Below, in pieces: positions 52,462 through 62,011 of a stretch of DNA of 64,000 nucleotides. How positions within the stretch are numbered: the stretch's first letter is position 1; every line of letters starts with the position of its first letter. The stretch comes from Cyanobacteria bacterium SZAS-4. Its GTDB lineage: Bacteria > Cyanobacteriota > Vampirovibrionia > Obscuribacterales > Obscuribacteraceae. The stretch is from NCBI GenBank assembly GCA_018266255.1, contig JAFEAT010000010.1:394842-458841 (forward strand), in the 5' to 3' direction. The translations under genes were made by a program, and so were the position numbers. The notes under the pieces are model-generated. The model ran no database searches and was not told the DNA's origin. It saw only the letters and a program-made list of their open reading frames with translations.

Positions 52462-52487
52462 AAAAGCGCCCTGTGAGGGGCGCTTTT
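52462..52487. terminator. Bidirectional rho-independent terminator
   Basis: AAAAGCGCCC-tgtga-GGGGCGCTTTT, with A-run and T-run flanks. It lies between the convergent esterase and rpsA genes. Confidence 0.8.
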
Positions 52488-52519
52488 AAAATTCACGAAC
52501 AATCCGATAGTCGACTGAA

Positions 52520-53656
52520 TTAGCCGCCGATCAAATCGCTCACATCCATTCCTCTCAGGCTCAAGCTGATCTTGTGCTCTTTAGGAGAGAATTTCTTGAT
52601 GATTGCTTTGATGCTCTGACCAACCTGAACAACTTCCTCAGGCTTGATGTTTGGCTGTTCCGACATCTCGACGGTTGGCAACAATGCATCAACACCTGGA
52701 TAGATTTGAACGAAAGCACCGAAGCTTTGAATCTTTCTGACGGTGCCGTTAACGACTTGTCCGTCTTGGAATTTGTCTTCGATTTCTTTCCATGGGTCAG
52801 GCTGCATCTGCTTGAGTGACAAGCTGATATGACCTTTGTCTCGGTCTACTTTCAACACCTTGGTGGTGATTACTTGACCAACTTTCAATACATCTGATGG
52901 GTGTGAAACACGTTCCCACGAAATTTCTGAGATTGGCAACAAACCATCCAAGCCGCCCAGGTCGATAAATGCACCGAAGTCTGCGATTCTCACAACTTCG
53001 CCTGAGACGACTTGACCAGCTTCCAATGTGTTCAAAATCTTTTCGCGCTGAGCAGCTTTCTCTTCTTGAACAGCGAGCCGCTGGCTCAAGATCAGCTTGT
53101 TGCGCTTGGTGTCGGTTTCCAAAATCTTCATCGGGATTTCCATTCCGATCAATTCTTCTGGAGTCGTTCCCTTGACGCGCAATTGGCTGGCCGGTACGAA
53201 ACCGCGCAAACCATAAACGTCTACAACTACGCCGCCTTTGACCACTGCGGAAATTTTGGCGCGAATCGTGTCGTCGTTCTTTTTCTGTTGCTCGAGCAAT
53301 ACCCATCCGCGGGCTTGCGCGACGCGCTTGAGAGAGAGTGTGAGCTGACCATTCTCATTTTCTTCTCTAAGGATGTAGAACTCAGCCTTTTCGTTGACTT
53401 TGATAACGTCTTCGACTGAATCTATTGGAATGTTGGAGACTTCTTTGATCGGCACGAATCCTTCCGATTTTCCACCGACATCAACGAGGATGCCGTCACG
53501 CTCGATGCGTACAACAAGTCCTGTAACGATGTCGCCTTGCTCGAATTTGAAGCCCAGTGTTTCCTCCAAGAGGCGCTCGAATTCGGATTTTTCGGTTTGT
53601 GTCACTGAGGTGGTTTCTCCTTTGACCTCTAAAATTTTTGGCATCGGATCGGTCAT
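52520..53656 (-). CDS. rpsA: 30S ribosomal protein S1 (short, four S1 domains)
   Basis: 378 aa. It has repeated S1 OB-fold signatures, e.g. GDIVTGLVVRIERDGILVDVGGKSEGFVP and GQVVSGEVVRIADFGAFIDLGGLDGLLP. Confidence 0.9.
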   Translation of the reverse strand: MTDPMPKILEVKGETTSVTQTEKSEFERLLEETLGFKFEQGDIVTGLVVRIERDGILVDVGGKSEGFVPIKEVSNIPIDSVEDVIKVNEKAEFYILREENENGQLTLSLKRVAQARGWVLLEQQKKNDDTIRAKISAVVKGGVVVDVYGLRGFVPASQLRVKGTTPEELIGMEIPMKILETDTKRNKLILSQRLAVQEEKAAQREKILNTLEAGQVVSGEVVRIADFGAFIDLGGLDGLLPISEISWERVSHPSDVLKVGQVITTKVLKVDRDKGHISLSLKQMQPDPWKEIEDKFQDGQVVNGTVRKIQSFGAFVQIYPGVDALLPTVEMSEQPNIKPEEVVQVGQSIKAIIKKFSPKEHKISLSLRGMDVSDLIGG

Positions 53657-54225
53657 GTCCTTGTGTTGTGTGCGAAGCCTGGCTCCAAGTCCATCTCTGA
53701 TGGTGGTTCGGGCTTCTGTGAGTACTCCTGTTAGGAACGAATCCTAAGTCAGTCGCTACAAACAGCCGCTGGCTTCTTGTGTAATCTGTTCTGTGTAAGG
53801 TTTGAGTCCCAACACGCTACAGCTACGCCCAGTTTAACGCTTGTTTGGCGAAACTACCAATATAAGACAAGTGGGGACGGGACTCAATACAAAGTATGAA
53901 CCTTTAACTGAACCTTTAGAGTCTCGTAAACAGTTAATTGGTGAGGCTTATCGGCATCATGGCGAGTTGTCATTAGCGTATCGACATGTTGCTGTACGTT
54001 ACACGCGCGGTTTGGAGTGACCTAGAACGGGCCCTCTGTGAGAATCCTATAAGAAGGAACTGCCACCTCGTGCCGGGTAGTACCTGCGTGCTCAACGTCG
54101 TCTTTGAGTGTCAATTCTCATCGCGAAGACGAAGCTTGTTCCAAAAATTACACGAATAGTTCCGGAGTCATTCCGCAGCAACGGATTAGAGTCGGAATGT
54201 TCGAACTCTAAAGGAAAATCAAGCC

Positions 54226-54489
54226 ATGACTACACAATCTGACCGTAGAGAAATAGAAAGTACGGCTATCTCTTCCGACTTACCAACCGGTGTCTTAGCA
54301 GAACAATCAGTCGGCCTGCAAGTTGGACGAATTCCTGATGCGATGCGAGGAGCGAATACGGCAGATGTTCCACACATCGAATTGGTCGGTCAGACGAATG
54401 TGCCTAGCTTGATCGATCAAGGGCACGAGCCAATTCCAACGTACACCGGATGGCCCTATAACATGGGATACCAACCGGTTAGAACTTAA
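54226..54489 (+). CDS. Small hypothetical protein
   Basis: 87 aa. AAGGA lies upstream of the ATG. There is no recognisable domain and no signal peptide. Confidence 0.35.
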   Translation: MTTQSDRREIESTAISSDLPTGVLAEQSVGLQVGRIPDAMRGANTADVPHIELVGQTNVPSLIDQGHEPIPTYTGWPYNMGYQPVRT

Positions 54490-54812
54490 AACGTGCGCAC
54501 CGAAACACTTTCGAGCTCTTACTTGCCTGTGCCAAACTTGATGCATTCTTGCGTCTGCACGCGATCGTATATCGAATCGGATTTGCGCGCGTCTGTCATT
54601 TTGGATTTGTGCTCTATCGTAAACACGCCTTGCAATGCGCTATATGCATTTCGCGTATGTTTTGATTGATTTGTATAACCATGCGGGATCGGCTGTATAT
54701 CCTGATTCTGTAAGGGTTTTCATGTTTATCTTTCGCGCGAAATTCTGATTATAATGCCGTCAGTACCAGCGCTAATGCGATGTTTTCATTTTCACCGAGT
54801 AGAGGCAATTTC

Positions 54813-55391
54813 ATGAAGTTACACACCCTCCTTAACCTAAGCCTGGCTGTTGGCTTACTCTCACCTGCGTTGCTTTCTGCCACCAGTTGCAGTGCTGCTG
54901 AACCGCTTTCACCAATTCCAGCACCTGCAGTGAAGACAGAGACTCCTGCTGCCCCTGCTGTAGATTTGGACCCAGCTTCTCAGCGAGTGGAACAAGCAAA
55001 ACTGAAGTTAGACCAGGCACGCGCACAAGTGAGTGCATCGCGGGCGATGTTGAGAGCTGCCGAGGCAGAATTCCGCGCCGCTAAAGCAGACAAAGAAGCT
55101 CTTACAGCGCGAAACGAAGCGATCAAATTGGCTGATGCTTCGGGCTTGAAAGATGATGGCGTTCAACCAGTTCAGCCACAAGCTGCAATCACGTTTGGAA
55201 CCAACCGTCTCTACCCCGCTTCAACTGCTCCGACTCCAGCTTCTGCTCCTGCACCAGCTGCGACACCAGCACCTGATATGTCGAGCACAAGAATTCAGCA
55301 AGCTGATTTCAACGCTCCACAAGCAGATAACGGTGGAGCCGTTGCTGACCTGCGTCCAACGAAAGCTGCTGAGCCAACTCAACCTCAATAA
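54813..55391 (+). CDS. Secreted coiled-coil / Ala-Pro-rich protein
   Basis: ATG 54813 is preceded by GAGG (maximal ORF from 54780). Signal peptide MKLHTLLNLSLAVGLLSPALLSATSCSA. Coiled-coil-like QRVEQAKLKLDQARAQVSASRAMLRAAEAEFRAAKADKEAL. Confidence 0.6.
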   Translation: MKLHTLLNLSLAVGLLSPALLSATSCSAAEPLSPIPAPAVKTETPAAPAVDLDPASQRVEQAKLKLDQARAQVSASRAMLRAAEAEFRAAKADKEALTARNEAIKLADASGLKDDGVQPVQPQAAITFGTNRLYPASTAPTPASAPAPAATPAPDMSSTRIQQADFNAPQADNGGAVADLRPTKAAEPTQPQ

Positions 55392-55412
55392 GTCGAGCTG
55401 CAATCAACTTAT

Positions 55413-55456
55413 ATGTCGGCATGATCTAATGATCGTGCCGACATCTTTTATTTTTT
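55413..55456 (+). terminator. Rho-independent terminator
   Basis: 14-bp stem, ATGTCGGCATGATC-taat-GATCGTGCCGACAT (55413-55444), followed by CTTTTATTTTTT. Confidence 0.85.
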
Positions 55457-55559
55457 GATTGCCCGTCCTGTTTGGCGTTTTCGTATTTACCGCCGCCGAT
55501 GGTAGCAATTCGGAAATGTTCTACCTCTAATGTACAAATCACTAAGAGGATCTATCGGA

Positions 55560-56399
55560 ATGGCAAACAACGCGTGCGAGCAAGTGGCGGCTCAACCAGA
55601 GTGGTTGGCAAAACAGACAGCAGGGAAGAGCGAGGCAGATCAGAAAATTTGGAACTCTGCCTACGAATCTATTCATTCTGCCAATCACTATCAGCCAGGA
55701 GAGGGTCCCAATCAGGCACTCACGCGTTTGAAGAGCCAGGGACTATTGGCCGATGTCTCAATCTCGGACATTAATAAGGAAGCGCATCGACTGGAGATGC
55801 AGCAGGGTAAAGACGGTCAGCCGAAGCAACTCTTCACCACTAAAGATGAAGTGCTGGGGCCTCGCCGCGAGCACCATGAAATCGCTCGTTTCGTCGAGCG
55901 TCAAATCAAGACCGAGCAAGCAAATCGCCTCGCTCCGTCAACGGAAAACGTGCAGTCAGTCATGACTCCCGAGCGCACGGCGCAAATGAAAGCTGCTGGA
56001 CTCGAGACCGATCCGCAAGCATTGCACGACAAGATGGTTCGACGGATGACCGAAGATAAGGGCTTATCCAGTCGCCAGATGGAGCACATGAAGTCGTTCC
56101 CGGTCGGCGCACCTTACGTGGCTTCTGGCGCCATCACCGGCGCTCAGATGGATCATGTGATGAAAGAGCAAAAGGCTATGCGTGATACCAAGCGTGAAGA
56201 TAAAAACTTCAACGATTTGAAAGCTTGCAATCCTGAAGAGTATAAAAAGCAGTGGACGCAGTATCTGAAAGACACTGATGTTGGGCAGCTTTTGAGAGTG
56301 CATGCCAAGGAAGATCCGCAGCATTATAAGCTCTCGAAAATAGTTGCAGCCGATTCGATGATCTCAGCTCTCAAGCAGCTGGAAAAACAAAAAACTTAG
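55560..56399 (+). CDS. Hydrophilic paralog-family protein (shares the PGxxP...LKSQGL module with the 301-aa protein)
   Basis: ATG 55560 is preceded by GAGGA (maximal ORF from 55530). There is no signal peptide. YQPGEGPNQALTRLKSQGLLADVSISDINKEAHRLEMQQGKD aligns with VKPGDNPSFIARDMLKSQGLANPTANDIAMYELKLEALNGKD at 14205-15110. Confidence 0.7.
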   Translation: MANNACEQVAAQPEWLAKQTAGKSEADQKIWNSAYESIHSANHYQPGEGPNQALTRLKSQGLLADVSISDINKEAHRLEMQQGKDGQPKQLFTTKDEVLGPRREHHEIARFVERQIKTEQANRLAPSTENVQSVMTPERTAQMKAAGLETDPQALHDKMVRRMTEDKGLSSRQMEHMKSFPVGAPYVASGAITGAQMDHVMKEQKAMRDTKREDKNFNDLKACNPEEYKKQWTQYLKDTDVGQLLRVHAKEDPQHYKLSKIVAADSMISALKQLEKQKT

Positions 56400-56427
56400 T
56401 TTTCCTCTTGCCCAATTAAGCGACGTG

Positions 56428-56456
56428 GGTGCACTTCTACGAAGTGTACCTATTTT
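56428..56456 (+). terminator. Rho-independent terminator
   Basis: GGTGCACTTC-tac-GAAGTGTACC (one G-U pair) followed by TATTTT. Confidence 0.65.
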
Positions 56457-56685
56457 GCATGTTGACCGAAAGTAATTCGGCAATTACCGATCCTGTGCTT
56501 TGTTTGCAGACTACTTGCTGGATTCTGAGATACGAAATGTAGCATGGCAAAGAATTGAATGAATGAACCCGTGCAATAATGATTTAGTCGCTCGCTTCAG
56601 AGCGCTTTTCTCGAAAAGGAATCGGTTTTTCTGAGCACTGGCTTAACGATACCGAATATGGTGGCGAAGAATTCAGGTGATCGCA

Positions 56686-57621
56686 ATGATGCGTGACCCG
56701 ATGGATCGCCTGCAAATGGTGTTTATAGTTATCGTGGCTGTTGCTGCAATCGCAATTGCCGTAATCGTTTCGCACATCGTCGACCGGTCTTATGAGCACG
56801 TCAGTGAGATCAAGCAAACAAAAATTGAAGGCACCACCGATGATATCTCGATGGACATCGTAAAAAACGCTGATGACGCAAAGACGATCCTTGCGAAAAC
56901 TAGCGGCTCTCCTAACGAGCTTAAATTCACAGATCAAACCGTGACGCGGGCTGATTTGAAGACCTTCGTGAACGAACCTAAATACACCAAATTCAGAATG
57001 TTGAGATGCGATTTCGACTCTAAAGACTTTGATGTGCTCAAAGAAACGAAAGTGAAAATTGTGAGCATGAGCGACTGTCCAGTCGATAAAGAGCTGATGG
57101 ACCAGATTGTTGAAATGCCGAAATTGCATACCATTGAGATGTTTCGTTGTGACATTTCCAAAAATGCGTTTACGAATCTCGCAGTTTCAAAAGTGCGCCT
57201 GATCAAACTAAGAAAGTGTGGCGAAACTCGTGACCGCATCTTTACCAAATCGCTGTTCAAAGGACTCGCAAGAATGCCGACTCTCGTGCACGCAGAGCTG
57301 AGCAAAAATACTTTTGAAGATCACGCCATAGATGGTTTTGCAGGCGCGCAATGCATGGTGCTCAATATTTCTCGAACAAACGCTACAGATGAGGATTTGG
57401 AGACTCTAAAACACTTGCCTCATCTTCAGTATGCTGACCTCGAATTTTGCGGAAAATTGACGTGCAAGGGTTTGAAGTTCGTCAACCAAAACCCCTCAGT
57501 CAAGTCTGTGCGAACAGACATTCCTGTTTCGTCATGCAACTTTTCAGCAGCCGACGTAAGTAAGTTTCAGCCTAGTTCGTATCGCGTGCCAGACGACATG
57601 CAATTTGAACGAGAGCCCTAA
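56686..57621 (+). CDS. Membrane-anchored leucine-rich-repeat protein (FBXL/AMN1-like cysteine-containing LRRs)
   Basis: ATG 56686 is preceded by AGGTGA (maximal ORF from GTG 56677). N-terminal TM helix MVFIVIVAVAAIAIAVIVSHIV. Repeats have the form LxxLxLxxCxxITxxGL, e.g. LPHLQYADLEFCGKLTCKGLKFV and LHTIEMFRCDISKNAFTNL. Confidence 0.7.
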   Translation: MMRDPMDRLQMVFIVIVAVAAIAIAVIVSHIVDRSYEHVSEIKQTKIEGTTDDISMDIVKNADDAKTILAKTSGSPNELKFTDQTVTRADLKTFVNEPKYTKFRMLRCDFDSKDFDVLKETKVKIVSMSDCPVDKELMDQIVEMPKLHTIEMFRCDISKNAFTNLAVSKVRLIKLRKCGETRDRIFTKSLFKGLARMPTLVHAELSKNTFEDHAIDGFAGAQCMVLNISRTNATDEDLETLKHLPHLQYADLEFCGKLTCKGLKFVNQNPSVKSVRTDIPVSSCNFSAADVSKFQPSSYRVPDDMQFEREP

Positions 57622-57637
57622 CCAGTCGTCTGAAGCG

Positions 57638-57707
57638 CTTACAAAAAAGTGCTTAATTTGATGCGCGTGAAGGTAGACGCATCAAATTAAGCACAACTTT
57701 GTAAGGC
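57638..57707. repeat. Inverted pair of the dispersed element (copies C' and C) forming a long hairpin
   Basis: CTTACAAAAAAGTGCTTAATTTGATGCG (57638-57665) faces CGCATCAAATTAAGCACAACTTTGTAAGG (57678-57706). There are 17 perfect base pairs plus 8 more beyond a 3-nt mismatch. It lies between the convergent LRR gene and rnc. Confidence 0.85.
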
Positions 57708-57744
57708 CGTGAACTAGTCTTCTAGTCTTCGGATGCGCTGAAAG

Positions 57745-58590
57745 CTAGTTGATTTCGGAAATCTCGGAAACGATTTTTTGCTCAGGAAGTTTTGGCGATG
57801 GCTTCGCTTTCTTCTTGGAGAGCTCTTCCAAAGCGGCTTTGGCTGCTTCTTGTTCCGCCATTTTTTTCGAGCGTCCTGAACCTTCCGCAATTACCGTCCC
57901 GGCGATTGAGACGTTGACCAGAAAAATCGGATCGTGCGGCGGTCCTTCTGTTCTTTGAACGGTGTAGATTGGCACACCCTGAGCTTTTGATTGTGTGAAC
58001 TCTTGCAGTTCAGCTTTGAAATTGTCTTTGATTTCATCGCGATCGACACTTGTAGCGAGATTGCCGAACAAGCGAACGATAAGATTTTGCGCGTGAATCA
58101 ATCCCAAATCAGTGTAGACAGCGCCGAGCACTGCTTCGAATGATTGCGCTACGATCGACGGGCGCATCTGCACCTGACGACCGAGAAGAATGTATTTGCT
58201 GAGGTTGAGAGTGGCTGCCAGTTCTGCCAGTGTTTTGTCGCTAACCAGAACGGATCTGATTTCGGTTAACTGACCTTCATCGTAATCAGGGAATCTTTCA
58301 AGCAGATATTCGCTGATAACGAACTTAAGAACTGCATCGCCAAAAAACTCGAGGCGCTCGTAGTCTTTCGTGCCGGGTACTTCGGCTGCGTAAGACGAGT
58401 GGCAAAGCGCTTCGTGCAGAATTGCCATGCGACCGAAGTGCATGCCAAGACGATCACAAAGCTGTTCGAGTTCTTTGAGTCTTTTTTGGGGAATTGTTAG
58501 TGGGTTTCCAGTCATGGGACTTGCGCGGTAAACAGAGGTGTCAATGCCAGTATGCAACATTTTTGTTTCTTCTGAGAGGTCCGTGTTCAA
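57745..58590 (-). CDS. rnc: Ribonuclease III
   Basis: 281 aa. Signature ERLEFFGDAVLKFVISEYL, C-terminal dsRBD (PIYTV...EGPPHDPIFLVNVSI...GSGRSKKMAEQEAAKAAL) and a Lys-rich tail. The start is uncertain (TTG 58590 or an internal ATG). Confidence 0.9.
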   Translation of the reverse strand: MNTDLSEETKMLHTGIDTSVYRASPMTGNPLTIPQKRLKELEQLCDRLGMHFGRMAILHEALCHSSYAAEVPGTKDYERLEFFGDAVLKFVISEYLLERFPDYDEGQLTEIRSVLVSDKTLAELAATLNLSKYILLGRQVQMRPSIVAQSFEAVLGAVYTDLGLIHAQNLIVRLFGNLATSVDRDEIKDNFKAELQEFTQSKAQGVPIYTVQRTEGPPHDPIFLVNVSIAGTVIAEGSGRSKKMAEQEAAKAALEELSKKKAKPSPKLPEQKIVSEISEIN

Positions 58591-59003
58591 ACGTTCCGGG
58601 GATTACCTATCCGATTTGACCTGGCAGCAAAGTTGTTTCGGATGTAATGCAGCGAGCTGCTTTGCGAATCTATTCGACCGATAGTTTGTTAACCAATATT
58701 TCCTGCTCGATCGAAGCTACCGCATAACAACTTACAACTACTGAGCGTGCTTGTAGTTATTTGCGAAGAATTGTGGATTACCAAGAGCACAAAACCGTGG
58801 TGGCGCACGGGCTGAAGGTGCGCGTGCGTGAGCGTTTCGAAGTGTCATTAGAAAAATGAGACAGTGACTTCGTTTGCAACAAATAATCGTTTGATTACCT
58901 GGCTATAATTTAGAGGCACCGCGTGTCCGCGTATGGCCTGCTATTCTTTATCTGTCGTCAAAGCGGTTGCAAACGGGCTGTGCAAAGGACATAAAGAGGC
59001 GCC

Positions 59004-59396
59004 ATGTATCAATTGCAGTTGGGTCAGATTGGGCTATTCGTGCTGGTGGGCTTTGCCCTACCGGCTCTTGGAATGGTTCTTCTTGCCTGGGGTTTACAGC
59101 TCTTCCTTGGTTATCACAGACCGAGCCAAACAAAGAATCAACCGTATGAGTGCGGCATGAAGCCTATGCAAGCTGCACACGTTCAGTTCGATATCCGTTA
59201 CTACTTGTATGCGCTGCTTTTCATTCTGTTCGATATCGAAATCGTTTTTATCGTGCCATGGATATTGGCAACTGATGAAATCTCACAGAGCGTGGGCTGG
59301 AAGTGGCTCGGACCTGTCGAGATGTTGGTTTTCCTCGTCATACTCGCCGTTGGACTGGCGTATGCCTGGAAAAAGGGAGCCCTAAAGTGGGAGTGA
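59004..59396 (+). CDS. nuoA: NADH-quinone oxidoreductase (NDH-1) subunit A
   Basis: 130 aa with three TM helices. Conserved PYECGM and LFILFDIE blocks. Confidence 0.9.
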   Translation: MYQLQLGQIGLFVLVGFALPALGMVLLAWGLQLFLGYHRPSQTKNQPYECGMKPMQAAHVQFDIRYYLYALLFILFDIEIVFIVPWILATDEISQSVGWKWLGPVEMLVFLVILAVGLAYAWKKGALKWE

Positions 59397-59400
59397 AATC

Positions 59401-60102
59401 ATGACCGATTCAAATCCAGGTCCTCAACAAATTCCCTCATTGCCTGTGCCTGATGAGCTCAAGGATACGGTGACGCTGACATCTGTCGATCGCGCCGTTG
59501 AGATGCTGACAAAATTGATCGACCCTATTGCCAACCTCGCGCGTGCGAATTCGGTATGGCCGCTGACTTTTGGAACTTCGTGTTGCGCAATTGAGATGAT
59601 GAGCGTCGGTATGTCGAGATATGACATATCGCGTTTCGGTTCAGAGGTATTTCGTGGAACGCCTCGTCAAGCGGATTTGATCATCACCGCTGGAACGATC
59701 ACGCGAAAGATGGCACCGGCGTTGATTACTTTATACGAGCAACTTCCTGAACCTAAATATGTAATTGCCATGGGAGCATGCACCGTAACTGGCGGCATGT
59801 TCAATGATTCTTACTCGGTCGTTCAAGGCGTGGACAGAATCATCCCTGTTGATATCTATTTGCCAGGATGCCCTCCACGTCCAGAAGGAATTTTGGATGC
59901 GTTGCTGAAATTGCAACAGAAGATTCGCACTGAGTCTTACAACGAACGTCGTAAACGCACCTATGCGCAGAGCGCCGTTCGCCATGTCGACTACGACTCA
60001 GGGCGTCCGATGGAAGATTTGGTGGCAGAAGCCCAGCATGAGACTGCGCTTATTCTCGCCACTGGGGAAGGCTCTAAAGAAAATCCAACCGGCGCGAAAT
60101 AG
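59401..60102 (+). CDS. nuoB: NDH-1 subunit B
   Basis: 233 aa. N2 cluster ligand contexts [18 protein letters not shown] and LPGCPPRPE. Confidence 0.95.
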   Translation: MTDSNPGPQQIPSLPVPDELKDTVTLTSVDRAVEMLTKLIDPIANLARANSVWPLTFGTSCCAIEMMSVGMSRYDISRFGSEVFRGTPRQADLIITAGTITRKMAPALITLYEQLPEPKYVIAMGACTVTGGMFNDSYSVVQGVDRIIPVDIYLPGCPPRPEGILDALLKLQQKIRTESYNERRKRTYAQSAVRHVDYDSGRPMEDLVAEAQHETALILATGEGSKENPTGAK

Positions 60103-60111
60103 AGAATTGTA

Positions 60112-60834
60112 ATGACTGACGAAGAAAAGAAGCCTGAAGAGTCTAAAACTGAGCCTGCGAAAGCGGATGCAGCGAAGACAGATGATGCCGCAAAACCTGC
60201 TGCTGATGCCGCAAAACCTGCTGCTGATGCTGCAAAGCCAGCTGCCGATGCCGCAAAACCTGCTGCTGCTCCTGCTGCTGCCAAACCAGCCGCTCCTGCT
60301 GCCCCTGCTGCTGCCAAACCGGAACCACCTCCTCCGCCTACAGCCGGTCCAGCCGGTACGTTTTTGAAAGAACACGGCGTTGTAACTATTCCGATGGTTG
60401 ATTCATGCGGCTGTGAAACTGCTGAAATCAACCCTGCTGATCTGGCTGCAGCTCTACGTTTACTGCGTAGCAGCTCGGAAATCGCTCTGGATTTTTTGGT
60501 CACCGTATCTGGTGTCGACAATATCGATACTTACGATTCGGTCTATCACCTGCAATCTTTCTCCAACAAAAACGAATTTGTTTTGAAAGTGCGCATCAAA
60601 AAATCAGACGTGCCAGAAGGCAAGTTGCCTAACGTGCCGAGCATCGCCAATCTCTGGAAGACTGCCAACTGGCATGAGCGTGAAACTTATGACCTGGTTG
60701 GAATTCGCTATAACGGACACCCTTATCCGCGCCGCATCCTCAACACATGGGATTGGGATGGTTACCCGTTGCGCCGCGATTACAAGCAGCCAGTAGATTC
60801 ATTGAACGACAAAAATCCCCACAGTATGCGTTAA
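60112..60834 (+). CDS. nuoC: NDH-1 subunit C with a ~75-aa Ala/Pro/Lys-rich N-terminal extension
   Basis: 240 aa. The core block is WKTANWHERETYDLVGIRYNGHP. The N-terminus contains 4 x DAAKPAA, encoded by 21-nt tandem units at 60184-60267. Confidence 0.9.
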   Translation: MTDEEKKPEESKTEPAKADAAKTDDAAKPAADAAKPAADAAKPAADAAKPAAAPAAAKPAAPAAPAAAKPEPPPPPTAGPAGTFLKEHGVVTIPMVDSCGCETAEINPADLAAALRLLRSSSEIALDFLVTVSGVDNIDTYDSVYHLQSFSNKNEFVLKVRIKKSDVPEGKLPNVPSIANLWKTANWHERETYDLVGIRYNGHPYPRRILNTWDWDGYPLRRDYKQPVDSLNDKNPHSMR

Positions 60835-60858
60835 CGAAACGAGCACCAGAGGCTAATT

Positions 60859-61989
60859 ATGGCGACCGAGCTTAAAACACATTCACTGAAAACCGATGAG
60901 ATGATCATCAACATGGGTCCGCAGCATCCTGCTACCCACGGTGTTTTGCGGTTGATTGTCAACCTCGATGGTGAAATCGTCAAACACGTCGAGCCAGTCA
61001 TCGGTCACCTGCATCGCGGTCAAGAATGGCAAGGACAGAACCGCACCTGGTTCCAGTACCAAGCTTTGATCGACCGTGTGGACTACTTGTCCGGAATGTT
61101 CACTTCCTGGGCAATGGCCCGCGCCGCAGAAAAAGTAGACGGGCTGGTTGTGCCCGAACGTGCAGAATGGCTGCGCATCATCGCTTCAGAAATGAATCGC
61201 ATCACATCGCACTTGTTGTGGCTCGGAACTTACCTGATTGACTTGGGTGCCATGTTCGGCTTCCCCTTCTATCCATTTAGAGAGCGGGAAAAATTATTCG
61301 TTCTGCTTGAAGAAATCGCCGGTCAGCGCATGATGTTCAACTACATCAGAATCGGTGGCGTACAGCGCGATCCCAAGCCAGATTGGTTCAAGCGCTTGAA
61401 AGAATTTACCGAAGATTTCCCAGATCGCGTCGATGAATACGAAGCGATCGTCAGCGAAAACCCAATCTTCTTAAAGCGCACTCAAGGCGTTGGAATTTTG
61501 CCAAAGGCAGTTGCTGTCGACTACGGCGTCACTGGACCGACGCTGCGCTGCTCTGGTGTGAACTATGACTTGCGTCGTTTCAAACCATATTCAATGTATG
61601 AGAAATTGGAATTCGAAGTACCGACATTCTCTGGTGACGGTGACACGCAAGAGCGCTACATCGCTCGCGTTAGAGAAATGCGCGAATCGAACAAAATCCT
61701 CAAGCAGTGCTTAGACATGATTCAGCCTGGCGAGATCATGGCGAAGAAGCAAGTTGCCGGTATGCGTATCAAAGCTGGTGAAGGTTTCGAAGCGGTGGAA
61801 GGACCTCGCGGCGTGCTTGGTTGCTACATCATCTCAAACGGTAGCGACAAGCCATTCCGATTCCGCTGGAGAAATCCATCGTTCAGTAACTTGTCAGTTT
61901 TGCCTGAGTTATTAGTCGGGCACCCCATCGCAGACGTGATGGCAATCTTTGGATCAATCGACGTAATCATTCCTGACGTAGACCGATAA
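60859..61989 (+). CDS. nuoD: NDH-1 subunit D
   Basis: 376 aa. NMGPQHPATHGVLRL and the C-terminal FGSIDVIIPDVDR. Confidence 0.95.
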   Translation: MATELKTHSLKTDEMIINMGPQHPATHGVLRLIVNLDGEIVKHVEPVIGHLHRGQEWQGQNRTWFQYQALIDRVDYLSGMFTSWAMARAAEKVDGLVVPERAEWLRIIASEMNRITSHLLWLGTYLIDLGAMFGFPFYPFREREKLFVLLEEIAGQRMMFNYIRIGGVQRDPKPDWFKRLKEFTEDFPDRVDEYEAIVSENPIFLKRTQGVGILPKAVAVDYGVTGPTLRCSGVNYDLRRFKPYSMYEKLEFEVPTFSGDGDTQERYIARVREMRESNKILKQCLDMIQPGEIMAKKQVAGMRIKAGEGFEAVEGPRGVLGCYIISNGSDKPFRFRWRNPSFSNLSVLPELLVGHPIADVMAIFGSIDVIIPDVDR

Positions 61990-62011
61990 AGGGAGCACTT
62001 CAAGCAACACC

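Noticed and set aside
52797-53306. 169-aa alternate-frame ORF inside rpsA
   Set aside because: It is on the same strand but out of frame with four recognisable S1 domains. Its Arg-rich composition is typical of a shifted frame.
53657-54225. A hidden tRNA, tmRNA, RNase P or SRP RNA in the long gap upstream of rpsA
   Set aside because: I could not find T-loop (GTTCGAATC-like), RNase P (GAGGAAAGTCC) or tmRNA tag/acceptor signatures by eye. Only a covariance-model scan could settle it.
56584-57129. 181-aa minus-strand ORF overlapping the LRR gene
   Set aside because: Its translation is His/Phe-rich with no motifs or SD. The plus-strand frame gives a coherent TM helix plus LRR protein.
57638-57707. 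Integron attC site or complete MITE
   Set aside because: There is no integrase, no RYYYAAC/GTTRRRY core sites and no target-site duplication that I could see. The single copies at 20005 and 52401 lack a partner arm of comparable length. I keep it as a REP-like dispersed repeat.
59991-60521. 176-aa and 125-aa minus-strand ORFs across the nuoB-nuoC junction
   Set aside because: They are antisense to clearly conserved NDH-1 genes and are driven by the Ala/Pro/Lys-repeat region of nuoC.
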